From contig OZ024751.1 of the NCBI GenBank assembly GCA_964016885.1, forward strand, positions 25,296,001 through 25,360,000: 64,000 bases of DNA. Reading direction: 5' to 3'. Below are positions 1 through 14,991 of the stretch, one piece after another. A model generated the notes under the pieces. It had not been told where the DNA came from and did not search any database. It saw nothing but the letters and a program-made list of their open reading frames with translations. The translations under genes and the position numbers were made by a program. The stretch is from Eledone cirrhosa (lineage: Eukaryota). How positions within the stretch are numbered: position 1 is the first letter of the stretch; the number at the start of each line of letters is the position of its first letter.

Positions 1-161
1 GTGTGTGTGTGCGCGTGTGTGTGTGTATGTGTGTAGACGCACTAAACGGCCGGAACTCATCCGTCGGGGTCCTGAATCTTTTCATATTACCCACTCTACT
101 ACACCAATAATCGATACTCTGCTGGGTTATGGTCCACCTGGTTTTTTTGCCACACCATATC

Positions 162-208
<47 letters not shown>

Positions 209-213
<5 letters not shown>

Positions 214-386
214 TTCTACAGGACTAGAACTGTTTCATTATTTAGAAATCATCAGGAATGATGATTTCTAAAGAATGAAACAGTTCTAGTCCTGTAGAAT
301 CTCATCTATATTAAAACTGTTATACTCTGCAATGTATTGAGTACCTTACTTACTGTGGTTACCTCCGATTCAACCCGGAATAACGT
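209..386 (+). mobile_element. PLE-like fold-back insert in (TA)n, family F
   Basis: Inverted arms 209-255 and about 259-304, plus an unpaired tail of about 80 nt, between TA tracts. Confidence 0.75.
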
Positions 387-2123
387 ATATATATATATAG
401 TTTCATGTGCGTGTATCTGTTTTCTTTAAAGCCAATCTTATTGAAAATACTTCTAATCTTCCATACCAACATGGAACATCATTTAGAATGAATGTGGAAG
501 AAAAACGATAAAAAGTAACATTTTTTTCCTATTAGTAATCAAAACCAACTATACGAAAATCGATTAAAAATTTTCTTTTTTTCTTGCAACCAAAAAATGT
601 GGATTAGTTAAAAGAAAACATCAAATCACTTTTTGTTGAATATAAAATCTTTGTAAGTATTGAAATCTATGGATGGATGCAACGTTATAATATTTTTATC
701 AATTTCAATCTTGAGAATTCAATATTAATTTAGCAATTTTAGCTAATTAATAGGGAAATATCTATAGCCAATCAATCTTACGATGCGTAAAGATTATTTA
801 AAATCCAGCTACTATAATCTCTTTATTATATTCGAGCGGTTTCTTCGCTTATGATTGTATATAAATGTATAAATGTATATGTATAAACGTATATAAATAT
901 ATATGTATATATATATATATATATATACATATGTATATAATTATATATATATATGTATATAATTATATTGTTATACTTGGGGTGTAATATTACCAGATTA
1001 ATAACAGAACACGCTGTTTGGTTGGTTTTCGCTTTTCGCTTCTGTTTTATATCGGTAATCTAATTTATTCGGTCCTCAATGTTGCCATTGACTGACCAAC
1101 GGTCAAAAATACAGATACAATATAGACACAAACACATATATATAGTTTATGAAAGTTCTTTCGAGTGTGTTCTGAGTGTGTTCTGTTATTAATTCTGGCA
1201 ATATTACACAAATATGACCCTCCCCAAGTATAACAATATTTGTTTCGACACACGATTTCATATCAAAAACCTCGCAAAACTATATAATTATATAATACGT
1301 ATGTATATAATTATATATATATATGTATATATACGTATATATATATGTATATTTAAGTATATATATAAGTATATATATATGAATGTATGTATAGTATATT
1401 TGATAATACACTCTATGTTTATTTAACAACATTTTGAAGACCATTCGCTATGAATTTTAAAGTGGTAACTATGTCACTTACTTGGTCTCGGCAAAAAGAA
1501 AGGGAAGTAACTGACGGCTGTTCCTCGCTCGTGAGCGGTTATCAAGATTGCAAATTCCTTCGCTTCAGCCGAGATTGATAGAAGCTGGATTCTTATAGAA
1601 TTCCAGTGATGTTTAGCTGGTTATATATATATATATATATATTACTCTTTTACTCTTTTACCTGCTCCAGCCATCCGGCTGAGGCCATGCTGGGGTATAT
1701 ATATATGTATATCCGGTTGGCATTTAATGTCCGGAAAGGTTTTAGGCACTACCATTGTTACTGTCGCACTATTTCTCGCCATGGGACTTGGAGACTGAAG
1801 CCGAATGCTAACATCGTATTGTAGAGCGATTAGAGACTGAATTTGTCTAATAAGCAATCTTTCACTAACTTATTAATTTGTGTTTGAGATACATTGGCTG
1901 AGTGATTATGGCGGGAACATATGCATGTATGTGTTCAAATCGTAATGGACCAGAAACGCTAAGGTGAAAAAAATACTAACTATAGACAATAGGGTTTGCT
2001 AGACTCAATTTAAGAATAAATCAAGAAAAATAAATACAAACCAGTATTGTGGTAACTACGTCCATTACGATTTGAACGCATACATGCATATGTCTGTGTT
2101 AGTTTTTCTTTTTTGTTCAGTTA

Positions 2124-2173
<50 letters not shown>

Positions 2174-2265
2174 ATGTGTGTGTGTGTGTAAATATAAATT
2201 AGCGAGAATCGTATTTCAGCTCAGGAATTAACGAAAAACAACTTCCGAGATGTGTGGCAAGCGGT

Positions 2266-2299
<34 letters not shown>

Positions 2300-2301
<2 letters not shown>

Positions 2302-2489
2302 CGAAGGAAATGTGGTAAGGAACCAGGTGGACCATAACGCACCAAAGTACTCAATACTTAGGGTAGTAGAGTGGGTAATAGGAACGAGTAGGACCCCGAC
2401 GGCTGAGCTCAAGCCGTTTCGACAGCTAATTCTGGTACAGAATTAGCCGTCTAAATGGCTTGAGCTCAGCCGTCGGGGTCCTACTCGTT

Positions 2490-2492
<3 letters not shown>
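2300..2492 (-). mobile_element. PLE-like fold-back insert in (TA)n, family A
   Basis: Palindrome GGAACGAGTAGGACCCCGACGGCTGAGCTC...GTTCC plus an 80-nt tail. Further copies at 4497-4694, 11140-11318, 14433-14625, 25227-25400 and 28874-29088; partial copies at 45-163, 2758-2850, 30555-30718, 47678-47815 and 60010-60376. Confidence 0.8.
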
Positions 2493-2531
<39 letters not shown>

Positions 2532-3032
2532 TAAAATATTATAAAAGGCTGGACTGGTGTAATTCCTGAAAAGGTTTATTACACTAACATCATTTCAATG
2601 ACCGGGTTCAGTATGAATCCGGTGACATCATCAGGTATTCGAAATATAACACAAAGGAATATAATAGACAGAATCCATGGTGCTAAAAATCAGAGAAAGG
2701 AGGGCGGCCGACCATTTAGCAGCCACTAGCCCAGTCAACCGCCCTCACAGTTCGGATCTAGCTGTCGAAACGCCTGGAGCTCGCCCGTTGGGGTCCTGGC
2801 TCTTTTCCTATTGCCCACTCTACTACTCTAAGTATTGAGTACTCTGTTGTGGGAGGCCTGTGATCCGTGATGTAAAAGGACACGCTGGACTGAGACATGT
2901 AGGGAAGAATGACCAGGAGAACGGAAATGACGGGCGACAGGAGTATCCAAACCGAGTCGTATGTCCCTTAAATGCGTCTTGTTTTATATATATATATGTG
3001 TGTGTGTGTGGATATGTATGGATGTACGTATG

Positions 3033-3117
<85 letters not shown>

Positions 3118-4289
3118 ATTTCTATATTAGATGAAGATTGTTATATGTCACTGTATCAGTACTATATAACCGTAGAGATCCTCGATCAGTGATGTTAACC
3201 AGGCACATTTTACAGTAAATGTGTGTTTATTTAACCTTTTACTATACAACCTGTAACTAAGACTGTAACATTTTTTAGATTTCAACAGTCTGCATCCACT
3301 GAGAATAATATGTTTAAATCTCTTCATAACTGAAAACACGATGATAGAGTTTACCACTGTAAGAGATGACAGCTCTGCTGACCCTTTAGTCTACAGTGTG
3401 GAAAGATGAGACGGAGGGACGTATCGTATTGCATTACCATTTCGAGGCAGCGTTAAGATCAAGTAGATTAAAAGAAGCACAATTTGTTTTTTACTTATTC
3501 TGGAATATTTTATTGTTTACTCAGCGATGGAAGAGCAAGGCCTATGACCCTTTTGAAGAAACCACGGGTTTGATAAGAAAGAGATGTCAAAATAAGTAAT
3601 ATATCCTCTAACTGTAAATCTGACACGATATTTGTAACAAAATGAATTCCGTTACAAACACAAACAGTCATTTTATGATTAATTAATTATAATGAAGTAT
3701 AGGTTCATATAATCATCTAGATAAACATATATATGCCACATCGCTTAGTAACAAATTATTAATTTTGCGTTTTATATATGACTTCCATTTACATGTAACA
3801 TGAAATATATACAGATATATATAGATATGTACATAAAGATACCATTATTATAATGATTGGATTAGCATATACATTAGCATATACATCCATCACTCATTCA
3901 CCCATGCATACAGACATACATATATATGCAAACATATACATACAAACATATATACATACATATGTATATACATACCTACATACCTGCAAACATAATACAA
4001 ACAGGCATACATAAATACATACAAACATAGTTACATATATATGCACGTAAATGCATGCATATATACAATTACTATATGCAGAGTTAAAGTAAAAATAACA
4101 CGACTGTACAGTATGACTGTATGACATTTCTAGATAGATTCCACGCATACAATCATTCTCAAAACTGTATCGATCACTCATATACTTATCGAAAACAAAA
4201 ATCGGAAAACAACGAACTTTTTACCCAGGGTCCGATCTAATCTATCATTGTCAGCGTATATGGACATTACACGGAAACTTGAAATACCA

Positions 4290-4339
<50 letters not shown>

Positions 4340-4340
4340 G

Positions 4341-4741
<401 letters not shown>

Positions 4742-4783
4742 AATATATATATATACGATATATGTAACCTTACTATCTTATTT

Positions 4784-4968
<185 letters not shown>

Positions 4969-4971
4969 TAT

Positions 4972-5037
<66 letters not shown>

Positions 5038-5343
5038 TATATAATGCAGGAGGTGAGTTTTGTTGTAGTACAATAAAGCAATGCAGATATCGGATAAGAA
5101 GCACTCTACAGTTTGTAGGACTGGAGTATACATAATATATAAGATCTAAAGATGGTTAAATGAGTTCCATGTATTTTATAAAATACATGGAACTCATTTA
5201 ACCATCTTTTGATCTTATATATTATATATATATATATATAAAACAAAATAAGATGGTGAGGTTACATATATCGTATATATATATATATTTATATATATAT
5301 GTATATATATATAATATATACATATATATATATATATATACTG

Positions 5344-5383
<40 letters not shown>

Positions 5384-5725
5384 TATGTGTCTGTGTGTGT
5401 GTGTATGTATATATATATAAGTGTGTGTGTGTGTGCAATAGTATTAAGTAGTAAATATCAAAAGTGTGACTATGCTAAGATACGATGTAGATAACATCAA
5501 TGTATATGATGAAAACACCAAATATACATGTTTACAATGAGAATATTCCTCCACAGGGGAGAAGATAGTTGATAAAATAGAATGATGGTTGATATGGATA
5601 TCTGCTGACACAACACTGACCTCACTCACTAAGATTGATCTATTTTAAATCTTAGCTCTCATTCCTTGCATAAATCATGTGCTCAGGAACTCACATAAAT
5701 ACATGCGCACACATACATACACACA

Positions 5726-5760
<35 letters not shown>

Positions 5761-5901
5761 AATTAGTATATCTAGTAACATATATATACACAGATGCATA
5801 CTTATGCTAGCAAATATATAGGTTTTGTCTTAGTAACTTTGTGGTTCAATGCATGGGGATGCAGAACAATAATATGAGAGACGTAAAATAAGAAAATTAT
5901 A

Positions 5902-5950
<49 letters not shown>

Positions 5951-5956
<6 letters not shown>

Positions 5957-6252
5957 ATACTTTGGGAGGGTCATGTTGCCAATAAGAAACACACGCACCA
6001 GTTACTTTCACTTCAATTTATTATATATTTATAAATTTATAAGTTTACAAATCTACAAACCAACCAACCAACCAGAAATTTATAAGTTTGTAGATTTGTA
6101 AATTTATAAATTTATAAATATATAATAAATTGAAGTGAAAGCAACTGGTGCGTGTGTTTCTTATTGGCAACATGACCCTCCCAAAGTATAACAATATCGG
6201 TTTCAACACACGATTTCAGATAAAGAATCTTGCTAAACAAATTCAGAAACGA
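5951..6252 (+). mobile_element. PLE-like fold-back insert in (TA)n, family B
   Basis: Arms about 5951-6060 and 6086-6195, plus a tail of about 55 nt. Confidence 0.8.
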
Positions 6253-6270
6253 AATATATATATATATATA

Positions 6271-6716
6271 TACAATATTAAATAAATGGAAACTATATTT
6301 ATAAAACCATATTTATTTCATTATATATATTTCGGGGATATCATATTAACAATATGCTATGCCTTCCTCAGACAAAATACAATATAAACAGTTTTATAGA
6401 TAAATAGATTCGACATACCGTAACAACACCGACTTGCATTTGAAGAGGATGAATCGGCAAATGCAAGTCGGTGTTGTTGCGGTATGTCGAATCTATTTAT
6501 TTATAAAACTGTTTATATTGTATTTTGTCTGAGGAAGGCATAGCATATTGTTAATATGATATCCCCGAAATATATATAATGAAATAAATATTGTTTTATA
6601 AATATAGTTTCCATTTATTTAATATTGTAAATATACTCCAAATATTTGTCGAGTGCTTTTATATCAGTTATAAATATTTACTAGTTGTAACCCAACAATT
6701 TTAAATATAACTTTCC

Positions 6717-6719
<3 letters not shown>
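6271..6719 (+). mobile_element. PLE-like fold-back insert in (TA)n, family D
   Basis: Near-perfect arms of about 170 bp (6271-6442 and 6458-6629) with a hammerhead in each arm, plus a tail of about 90 nt. Confidence 0.85.
6521..6586 (+). ncRNA. Type I hammerhead ribozyme motif (family D), mirrored on the minus strand at about 6313-6378
   Basis: TATTTTGT CTGAGGA [imperfect stem II] GAAA TATAT ATA| ATGAAATA. Confidence 0.7.
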
Positions 6720-6797
<78 letters not shown>

Positions 6798-6900
6798 TAT
6801 ACGTATATATATATATACTTATTTATTTATTTATCATAAAAACAGATTCAATTTTAAGCAAAGAATCGCTACTTTTACCCTTAACGGGATCTTCTGAAAT

Positions 6901-7013
<113 letters not shown>

Positions 7014-7152
7014 ATGTGTGCATGTGTGTGTGTGCGTGTGTGCATGTATATATATATATATATATATATAAATATATATACAAACACGAGAAAAACCACA
7101 AATTTTCTTAGGTCCCGTGAAATTCTCGGGTCCAGGTGCAATGGGATGAGTG

Positions 7153-7425
7153 GAGGCGCATGGCCTAGTGGTAAGGGTGTTGGACCTGAATCATAATGTA
7201 ATGGGTCCAATTCTTTGGCTGAGTTGCGTATTGTATTCTTGAGTAAAACTCATCACTTCATGTTGCTCCAGTATACTTAACTGAGGATGACTGCTAGCAA
7301 TAGATGATGGTTTAACCCTGCGATGGCCTGGCGTCCTGTCCAGGGGGAGCCTTGTTCTCTCAGTCACTTCACGCCATGAAACCAGGATAAGCACGGGCCT
7401 AACGAGCCTTAAATGGCTTAAGACA
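7153..7425 (+). mobile_element. tRNA-derived SINE family 2
   Basis: TGGCCTAGTGGTAAGG A box and AACCCTGCGATGG.CTGGCGTCCTGTCCAGGGG body. Related copies at about 15770-16030 and 49955-50290. Confidence 0.75.
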
Positions 7426-8029
7426 GGTATGATGTGCCTCAGAACACAACCCTATTTTCACAGTCTGTATTCAGCATATCCTACTGCAACGCTACTGCAA
7501 CGCTACTGCAATCCTACTGCAATAAAGTTTTGGATGCAATCCTACTGCAATTAAGTTCTGGATGCCAGAGTTTGCAGTATGGTAGTCTCAATTAAGTGGA
7601 AATATGATACATCTGAACCAATAAGATTTATGGACCACACAGTCTTACGTCTGACAGCCTGATAAAGATATTGCCGTGGTAACAATAACTCCAGAAAATA
7701 CTGCTGACATAGTTAAAGGACGGCAAGCGGATGCTTCTGTTAAGCTTTTAACTTTATATTCACGTGTCCACGCATAATTATGTCAGAATTAAAAGAGGTG
7801 CCGGACTATGAGTTGCCGGAAAAGCGTCGTACTCCTCTATAAATCTGCAGGCAACAACGATGCATATACTAATATAAGTATAAATAGCATTTCTACAGCA
7901 CAAATTCAAGGGAAATAACTCGCATTTCAGACTTAGTTGTTAATTTAACGGGAGGTAACTCTGATAGTAACAGATAGAAATCATTGAGTTATTTCCGTTG
8001 AATATTTAGTTAGTCGATTTACATAAAAT

Positions 8030-8960
8030 TAGATTCTGTATCTTGTCCAAAACCACCAGGTCAGGCCTATTGTGTCCTAATTTCTTGTCGGTCTGTATCC
8101 CAAGATCCCATAACACCTTCACCTGATCGTTTTCTATCACCGACTCTGGCTTATGCTCATACCACTTCTCAGAATGTGGTAAAATGTTTACTTTGCATAG
8201 ATGCCAGTGGATCACCCTGCCTATCACATCATGTCTCCAGATTTTATAGTGAGTCTGGGCTAGGTGTTTACACTCGGATACAATGTGAGTCACAGTCTCC
8301 TCTCTCTAGCCACAGATCCTACACAGTGAGCTGGCCCCCTCCTTGTCAATATGGTTTTTCACCCACTTCGTTCTGAGGTCTTGCTCTTGCGCAGCCATTA
8401 GCATTCCTTCTGTAGCTTTTTTAATGTCTCCTCTTTTTAAGCAGTTCCATATCTGTGGATCTCTAAATTCCGTTTTCATAAAAGTGCTATGAAGGGATTT
8501 TTCATGAAGGTTGCTCTTCCTCCTTATTGTTATTTCCCCCTTGGACATCCCCTGGTCTATTGTCTGCTCCTTCAGTACAATTTTGAGCATTGGCTCCCTA
8601 CTGTCAGTCACATATTTGTGCAGGTTGTTTTTCTCCATCTGAACACAGTCCTCTATGCTGATAAGACCTCTTCCCCCTTCAGATCTCTTTAAGTAGAGTC
8701 TATCGACATCACTCCTCTTGTGGAACATGTTGTAGATAGTCGTTAGCTTCCTAGTCTTTCTATTCATTTCTTTTTGTTCAGTAACATTCCATTTCAGAAT
8801 TCCTGCACTGTACCTAATAATTGACACAGCTCGGGAATTTACTGCGCTTTTCCTACTATTTAGATGTGATTTTAATAGGTTCCTTACTCTCCTAATGTAC
8901 TCAGATCTTATCAATTCCTTCATTTTTTTGTTCTTGATGTCATCTGCCTCCAGAACATCA
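8030..8960 (-). mobile_element. R4/Dong-type non-LTR retrotransposon fragment (C-terminal RT region, CCHC knuckle, restriction-like endonuclease)
   Basis: ORFs 8306..8923 and 8006..8293: DRLYLKRSEGGRGL, AAQEQ, CRICG...ETVTHIVSEC, RHD, LWD..IQTD...HNRPDLVVLDK. Frameshifted and abuts a (TTA)n tract. Confidence 0.9.
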
Positions 8961-9029
8961 TTATTATCATTGTTGTTATCATTATTATTATCATTATTAT
9001 TATTGTTGTTATTATTATTATTATTATTG

Positions 9030-9157
9030 TTCTTTGTGTCTCAGTCATTGATGTTATTTAACTGGAAAGTTTGTTGAAATGAATATCAAGCCGCTACCTG
9101 CAGCCTCAGATATTCAGGACGTATCGGAGGGTTCTTGCTGTTCCCAGCAAGCATGCA
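9030..9157 (-). mobile_element. R4/Dong-type 3' end fragment
   Basis: Minus strand encodes ACLLGTARTLRYVLNI*, a typical C-terminus for this clade. Flanked on both sides by (TTA)n. Confidence 0.7.
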
Positions 9158-9183
9158 TTATTATTAATATTATTATAATTATA

Positions 9184-9221
<38 letters not shown>

Positions 9222-9445
9222 GGCTGGTGAAATGGCAGTACCGGAAGAGCGTCAGACACCATGCTTTGCAGCATAGAACTATGGCCCATTATGATCTCAG
9301 TTCAAATCCCGAGGATAACTTTGCCTTTCATCATAACGGGGTCGATAAAATAAAGTACCAGTCACGCACTGGGGTCGGTTTATTCGACTTTCCCCTCCCC
9401 ACAAATTGTTGGCCTTGTGTCTATATAAGAAACTATTATTATTAT
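9222..9445 (+). mobile_element. tRNA-derived SINE family 1
   Basis: A-box-like TGGCAGTA, B box GTTCAAATCC, body GCCTTTCATC..ACGGGGTCGATAAAATAAAGTACCAGT, (ATT)n tail. Inserted in (ATT)n. Confidence 0.85.
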
Positions 9446-9540
9446 TAGTGGAATAGTGGAATTAGTCGATAAAATAAATTACCAGTAATGCACTAGGTAA
9501 TTGCAGGCCTTGCGCCTAAAGTAGAAACAATTATTATTAG

Positions 9541-9760
9541 TGGAATGGCAGTATCAGTAGAGTGTCGAACGCCATGCTTTCTAGCATAGAGTTACGTCCC
9601 TTTACGGACTGAGTTCAAATCCCGTCGAGGTTAACTTTGTCTGTCATCCTTACGGGGTCGATAAAATAAAGTACCAGTAATGTACTGGGTGATTACTGGC
9701 CTTGTGCCAAAAGTAGAAGGCCTTGTGCCAAAAGTAGAAACAATTCAATTATTATTATTA
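9541..9760 (+). mobile_element. tRNA-derived SINE family 1
   Basis: Same head, body and tail, with a duplicated 3' end GGCCTTGTGCCAAAAGTAGAA. Confidence 0.85.
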
Positions 9761-10248
9761 TTATACTTTCTCTTCCCGACCCCCCCCCCCCGCCCGTCCC
9801 TTTTCCTTTCTCCCTCCCCCCTCTTTTTGTGCAACCCCAGCCCCACCTCACCATGCACCTCATCTAGCCTCGAATATATTTAAATAACAAGAAATCATAT
9901 TAATTAGTTACAGACTCGGAAACAACTTTTCCTCTTACCGACAAGAATGAACAGAAGAGAGGAAGACAGATATATATATAGAGAGAGAAATATAGAGTGT
10001 GGGCGGGTAGGAATCTGTGAGGTAAGTGTGTGTGTGTAAGTGTTTGTGTATGTGTGTGTGTAAGTGTTTGTGTGTGGGAAGGGGGGGGGGAGTGTGCAGA
10101 CAGTCTCAAATTTTAGTTCTGATTCTCTTAAGTAGCTTGTTGAGGCCTTCCTTCTCGTACATACAATTGCCAACATACGTGTGAGTGTTTGTATATATGT
10201 ATGCATGTGTGTATGAATGCCTGCCTACATCTACGTATGTTTTTACGC

Positions 10249-10295
<47 letters not shown>

Positions 10296-10564
10296 AGCGA
10301 CACGTGCACACATTTATATATAATCTTTTGTTGTTTTCTAAGAGCCACATGTATCATTCAAAATATACAGTATGTCACAGATACATTACACAAACTGACT
10401 TGCACATATATTTACCACACATGTATGCATACATACACCGGCACATGCATGGACACACACGCATACACAGACACACAAAGACACACGCACACATATACAC
10501 GCACACACACACATATATATATATACATATATATATAAATACAATCTGAGTTTTTCGAATATTA

Positions 10565-10754
10565 ATAATTGTTTCTACTTTTGGCACAAGGTTAGCAATT
10601 ATCCCAGTGCATTACTGGTACTTTATTTCATCGACCCCGTAAGGATGAAAGGCAAAGTCAACCTCGGCAGGATTTGAACTCAGATCGTAAAGGGACGTAA
10701 CTATGCTGGAAAGCATGGCGTCCGACCCTCTACCGATACTGCCAATCCACCGCC
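10565..10754 (-). mobile_element. tRNA-derived SINE family 1
   Basis: Reverse complement of the same consensus. A more degenerate minus copy lies at about 11650-11838. Confidence 0.85.
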
Positions 10755-10755
10755 T

Positions 10756-10810
<55 letters not shown>

Positions 10811-10873
10811 TACAAAATGTTAATAAATATTAATCTTTGGTTATATATCTATATATATATATATATATATATA

Positions 10874-11044
<171 letters not shown>

Positions 11045-11108
11045 TACCACATTTCCTTCGTACTTTGGTGCGTTATGGTCCACCAGGTTCCTTACCACAT
11101 TTCCTTCG

Positions 11109-11140
<32 letters not shown>

Positions 11141-11316
11141 CGAAGGAAATGTGGTAAGGAACCTGGTGGACCATAACGCACCAAAGTACTCAATACTTAG
11201 GGTAGCAGAGTGGGTAATAGGAACCAGTAAGACCCCGACGGCTGAGCTCAAGCCGTTTCGACGGCTAATTCTGGACTCGAAACGGCTTGAGCTCAGCCGT
11301 CGAGGTCTTACTGGTT

Positions 11317-11375
<59 letters not shown>

Positions 11376-12030
11376 TTATTTATATATATACAGACAGACA
11401 CGCATACAATTAAACTCTCTTCAATATGAAGATGACCGGAAGACTGTCAATGTTCAAGAGTCTATGGACGCTAGTGCTACTACAGTTGGACAGGTCGTGA
11501 GGTCAGCAGTGGTGTTCCTTGACATCAAAACAAGATCAAGTTAAGTCTTTAGTGAGAACACTTTACAACAGCCAACTGGTTCAGATAGTTTAGGTTGATA
11601 TAGTTGTGGGGGATTGGGGGATTCTGGTGCAGTGTTGTAAATAACGGGTCCTACTTTAGGAACAAGGCCAGCGATTTTGGAGGGAAGGGTAAGTTGAGTA
11701 AATCCAACCGAGTACATTACTGGTACTTTATTTTATCGACCCCGTAAGCTAACCTCGGTGGGATTTGAAGTAATACCGTAAAGGGGCGTAACACTATGCT
11801 GCAAAGCATACCGTCCGATCCTCCACCGATACTGCCAATGAATGGTTTCTATTTAGGGGATAAGATAATGACAATAGTAAAATAGTGATGGTTTTTGTTT
11901 GACTGTTCTCTATAAATCCATTGCTATATTTGGTTTCTACTGTGTGAGAATATGACGTTGAGGACTGGTTTATCTTAGTTTAGAGAAACACACAGACACA
12001 CACACACAGAGACACGCACACACACGCACG

Positions 12031-12061
<31 letters not shown>

Positions 12062-12235
12062 TAAAATAACAGATTAAAGTTTAATCAAAGAATCGCTGCT
12101 TTCACCCCTAACGTTCTTTGCTTAAACTTTAATCTCTTATTTTAATAAATATTTGCTCTAGGGCTCTTATATATTTGATATATATTTACCCTTATCGAGC
12201 CCTCTTTGGATTTTAGTCATCAAATTTATTAATAT

Positions 12236-12294
<59 letters not shown>

Positions 12295-12964
12295 TTGCAA
12301 GGTTTTTTTATATGAAATCGTGCGTCGAAATAAATATAGTTATACTTGGGGAGGGTCATATTGTTATAATATTGCCAGAAATAATAACAGAACACACTCA
12401 CTGTTTGGTTTTGGTTGGTTTTCGCTTCTGTATCTTTTATATCTCCCTAGTTAATTTATCTGGCAATCAATGTTTATCATTGATTGACCTACGGGTAAAA
12501 ATACAGATATAAATATATATATTACTATATATAGTGGTATTATAAACATTATAGTACCATTGATGATGTCACAGATGTGTGATGAAAGAACTTTAATAGA
12601 CTATACATATATATTTATACCTGTATTTTTAACCGTTGGAGATATCAAAGATACAGAATCGAAAACCAGCCCAAACCAAACAGTGAATGTGTTTTACTAT
12701 ACAGTACCAGTAATACACTGAGTAATAGCTGGCCTTGTGCCAAAAGTAGAAAAAATTATTATTTCTGGCAATATTATAACAATATGACCCTCCCCAAATA
12801 TAATAATATTTGTTTCAACACACGATTTCATATAAAAAAACCTTGCAGAACAATTACAAATAAATATATATATATATATATATATATATGAAAAAAAGGA
12901 AAAGAATGACTTTACTTGTAGTGTTAAATAATTTAATTTAATTTTATATTATTATAACAATTCA

Positions 12965-13157
12965 TAATTGTTTCTACTTTTTAGCACAGAGCCCACAATT
13001 ATCCCAGTGTATTACTGGTACTTTATTTTATCGATCCCGTAAGGATGAAAAGCAAAGTTAACCTCGGCGGGATTTGAACTCAGACCATAAAGGGCCGTAA
13101 ATCTTTGCTGCAAAGCATGGAGTCCGACCCTATCCCGATACTGCCAATCCACCGTCC
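12965..13157 (-). mobile_element. tRNA-derived SINE family 1
   Basis: Full reverse-complement copy. Confidence 0.85.
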
Positions 13158-13272
13158 TCATTATACCAAATCATAATATTATAATAATATAAAATTAAAT
13201 CAAATTATTTAACACTACAAGTGAACTCATTCTTTCAAATATACCTAACTGTACCATGGATCTCACACATTT

Positions 13273-13356
<84 letters not shown>

Positions 13357-13491
13357 AAATATATATAATATAAAATATGACTCCAGTTCCCCAGTGAATT
13401 AACAACCCAACAAGGAACTGGGCATATCAGAGTATTGACAATATCATACACCTAAACAACATATGTACTTGTCTATACCATACTAATTCAA

Positions 13492-13546
13492 ACTGCCTGA
13501 AGAGGTCACAGCCAAAGATGGCTGTCACTGAAATATATATAGCAGT
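13492..13546 (+). ncRNA. Type I hammerhead ribozyme motif (family C)
   Basis: ACTGC CTGAAGA GGTCACAGCC-AAAGAT-GGCTGTCACT GAAA TATAT ATA| GCAGT, then AATAAA. Confidence 0.85.
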
Positions 13547-13691
13547 AATAAACGAAGCTAAATTTTAATCATTTGACTTTTATTTAACTTTATTTTACAC
13601 TACTCCGGAGTAACCAAACCAACCTGCGCACTTCGTCGAGTGCTCCAGCCTGCATACTGAGGTGTTGGTATACAACCAACATAAACTCAAA

Positions 13692-13748
<57 letters not shown>

Positions 13749-14380
13749 AAAAGGTTAATATATATCTGAGGTAATTTTGATTAATTTTGATTGTATATTA
13801 ATTTTGATTTATTTTGAAGAATTGATTGAATTTTTACTTGTTCTGCTTATCTTGATATTATGTTCTGGTATATCAAATTATTACCATAGAACCACCTTAA
13901 ATCATAGACACACTATATATTTCCGGGGGTACATTGTACCCTCAGATATATATTAACCTTTTTCAATAATCTCCATATGTAGAGATAAAAATTTTGTCGT
14001 TATATTTAGTTACTAAAAATCTTTTTTTAGTGGCGAGCTATAGACGGCGAGTCTACGATTTCCCGCCTTCACTATACACCAATGTATTTACGGGTCACTT
14101 TCACGACCTTTTAGACCTGTATTAGTTGGAGTGAGGTCATATATTTTGTCGTTCCTGGGGTTTTTAACCCTAGGACAGGAAAATGCTTCTCTGATGATCG
14201 TTGCTTTTCCATTAATATCCTGGTGATATTTAATGTTTTGCACCGTGAAACTGTACAGTTAGGGCCATTAGAATAGGTAAATATTTATATTATATTTTTT
14301 AATTTTGATTAATTTTGATTGTATATTAATTTTGATTTATTTTGAAGAATTGATTGAATTTTTACTTGTTCTGCTTATCT

Positions 14381-14435
<55 letters not shown>

Positions 14436-14623
14436 AACAGGTAAGACCCCGACGGCTGAGCTCAAGCCGTTTCCACGGCTAATTCGAGTCCAGAATTAGC
14501 CGTCGAAACGGTTTGAGCTCAGCCGTCGGGGTCTTACCTGTTCCTATTACCCACTCTACTACCCTAAGTATTGAGTACTTTGGTGCGTTATGGTCCACCT
14601 GGTTCCTTACCACATTTCCTTCG

Positions 14624-14677
<54 letters not shown>

Positions 14678-14960
14678 GACGCAAATAATAAATCACCAAG
14701 GTTTAACTATCAATCCATTATTTATTTGATGTTTCATTCCTCTCCAAAGTATATAATTTTCCATACCTTTGTAGAGACAACAACGGAATCAATTCTTTAC
14801 ATAACATAGAAAAGGTATTTATTTATCGACCGTGTGAGTACGTCATCATTGAGAGAGTGAAACCAAATACTGTAAACATTAATACAAGCTTCTAACGACT
14901 CTTCCAGACTCCTTTAATCAGAGTATTTACATAAATTGGACCAGTGGTGATCTGGGCCCT

Positions 14961-14991
<31 letters not shown>

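Noticed and set aside
6271-6629. Palindromes as assembly or amplification chimeras
   Set aside because: The arms carry independent mismatches, have family-specific boundaries and tails, and recur in many copies. Long-read confirmation is still advisable.
6860-6900. Hammerhead in the family at 6860, 12060-12150 and 30288-30392
   Set aside because: The core reads CAGAA(G/T)A and stems I and III cannot be assigned, although the fold-back layout is similar.
14191-14230. Isolated CTGATGA (also at 23651 and about 63324) as hammerheads
   Set aside because: No properly placed stem II, GAAA, NUH and stem I.
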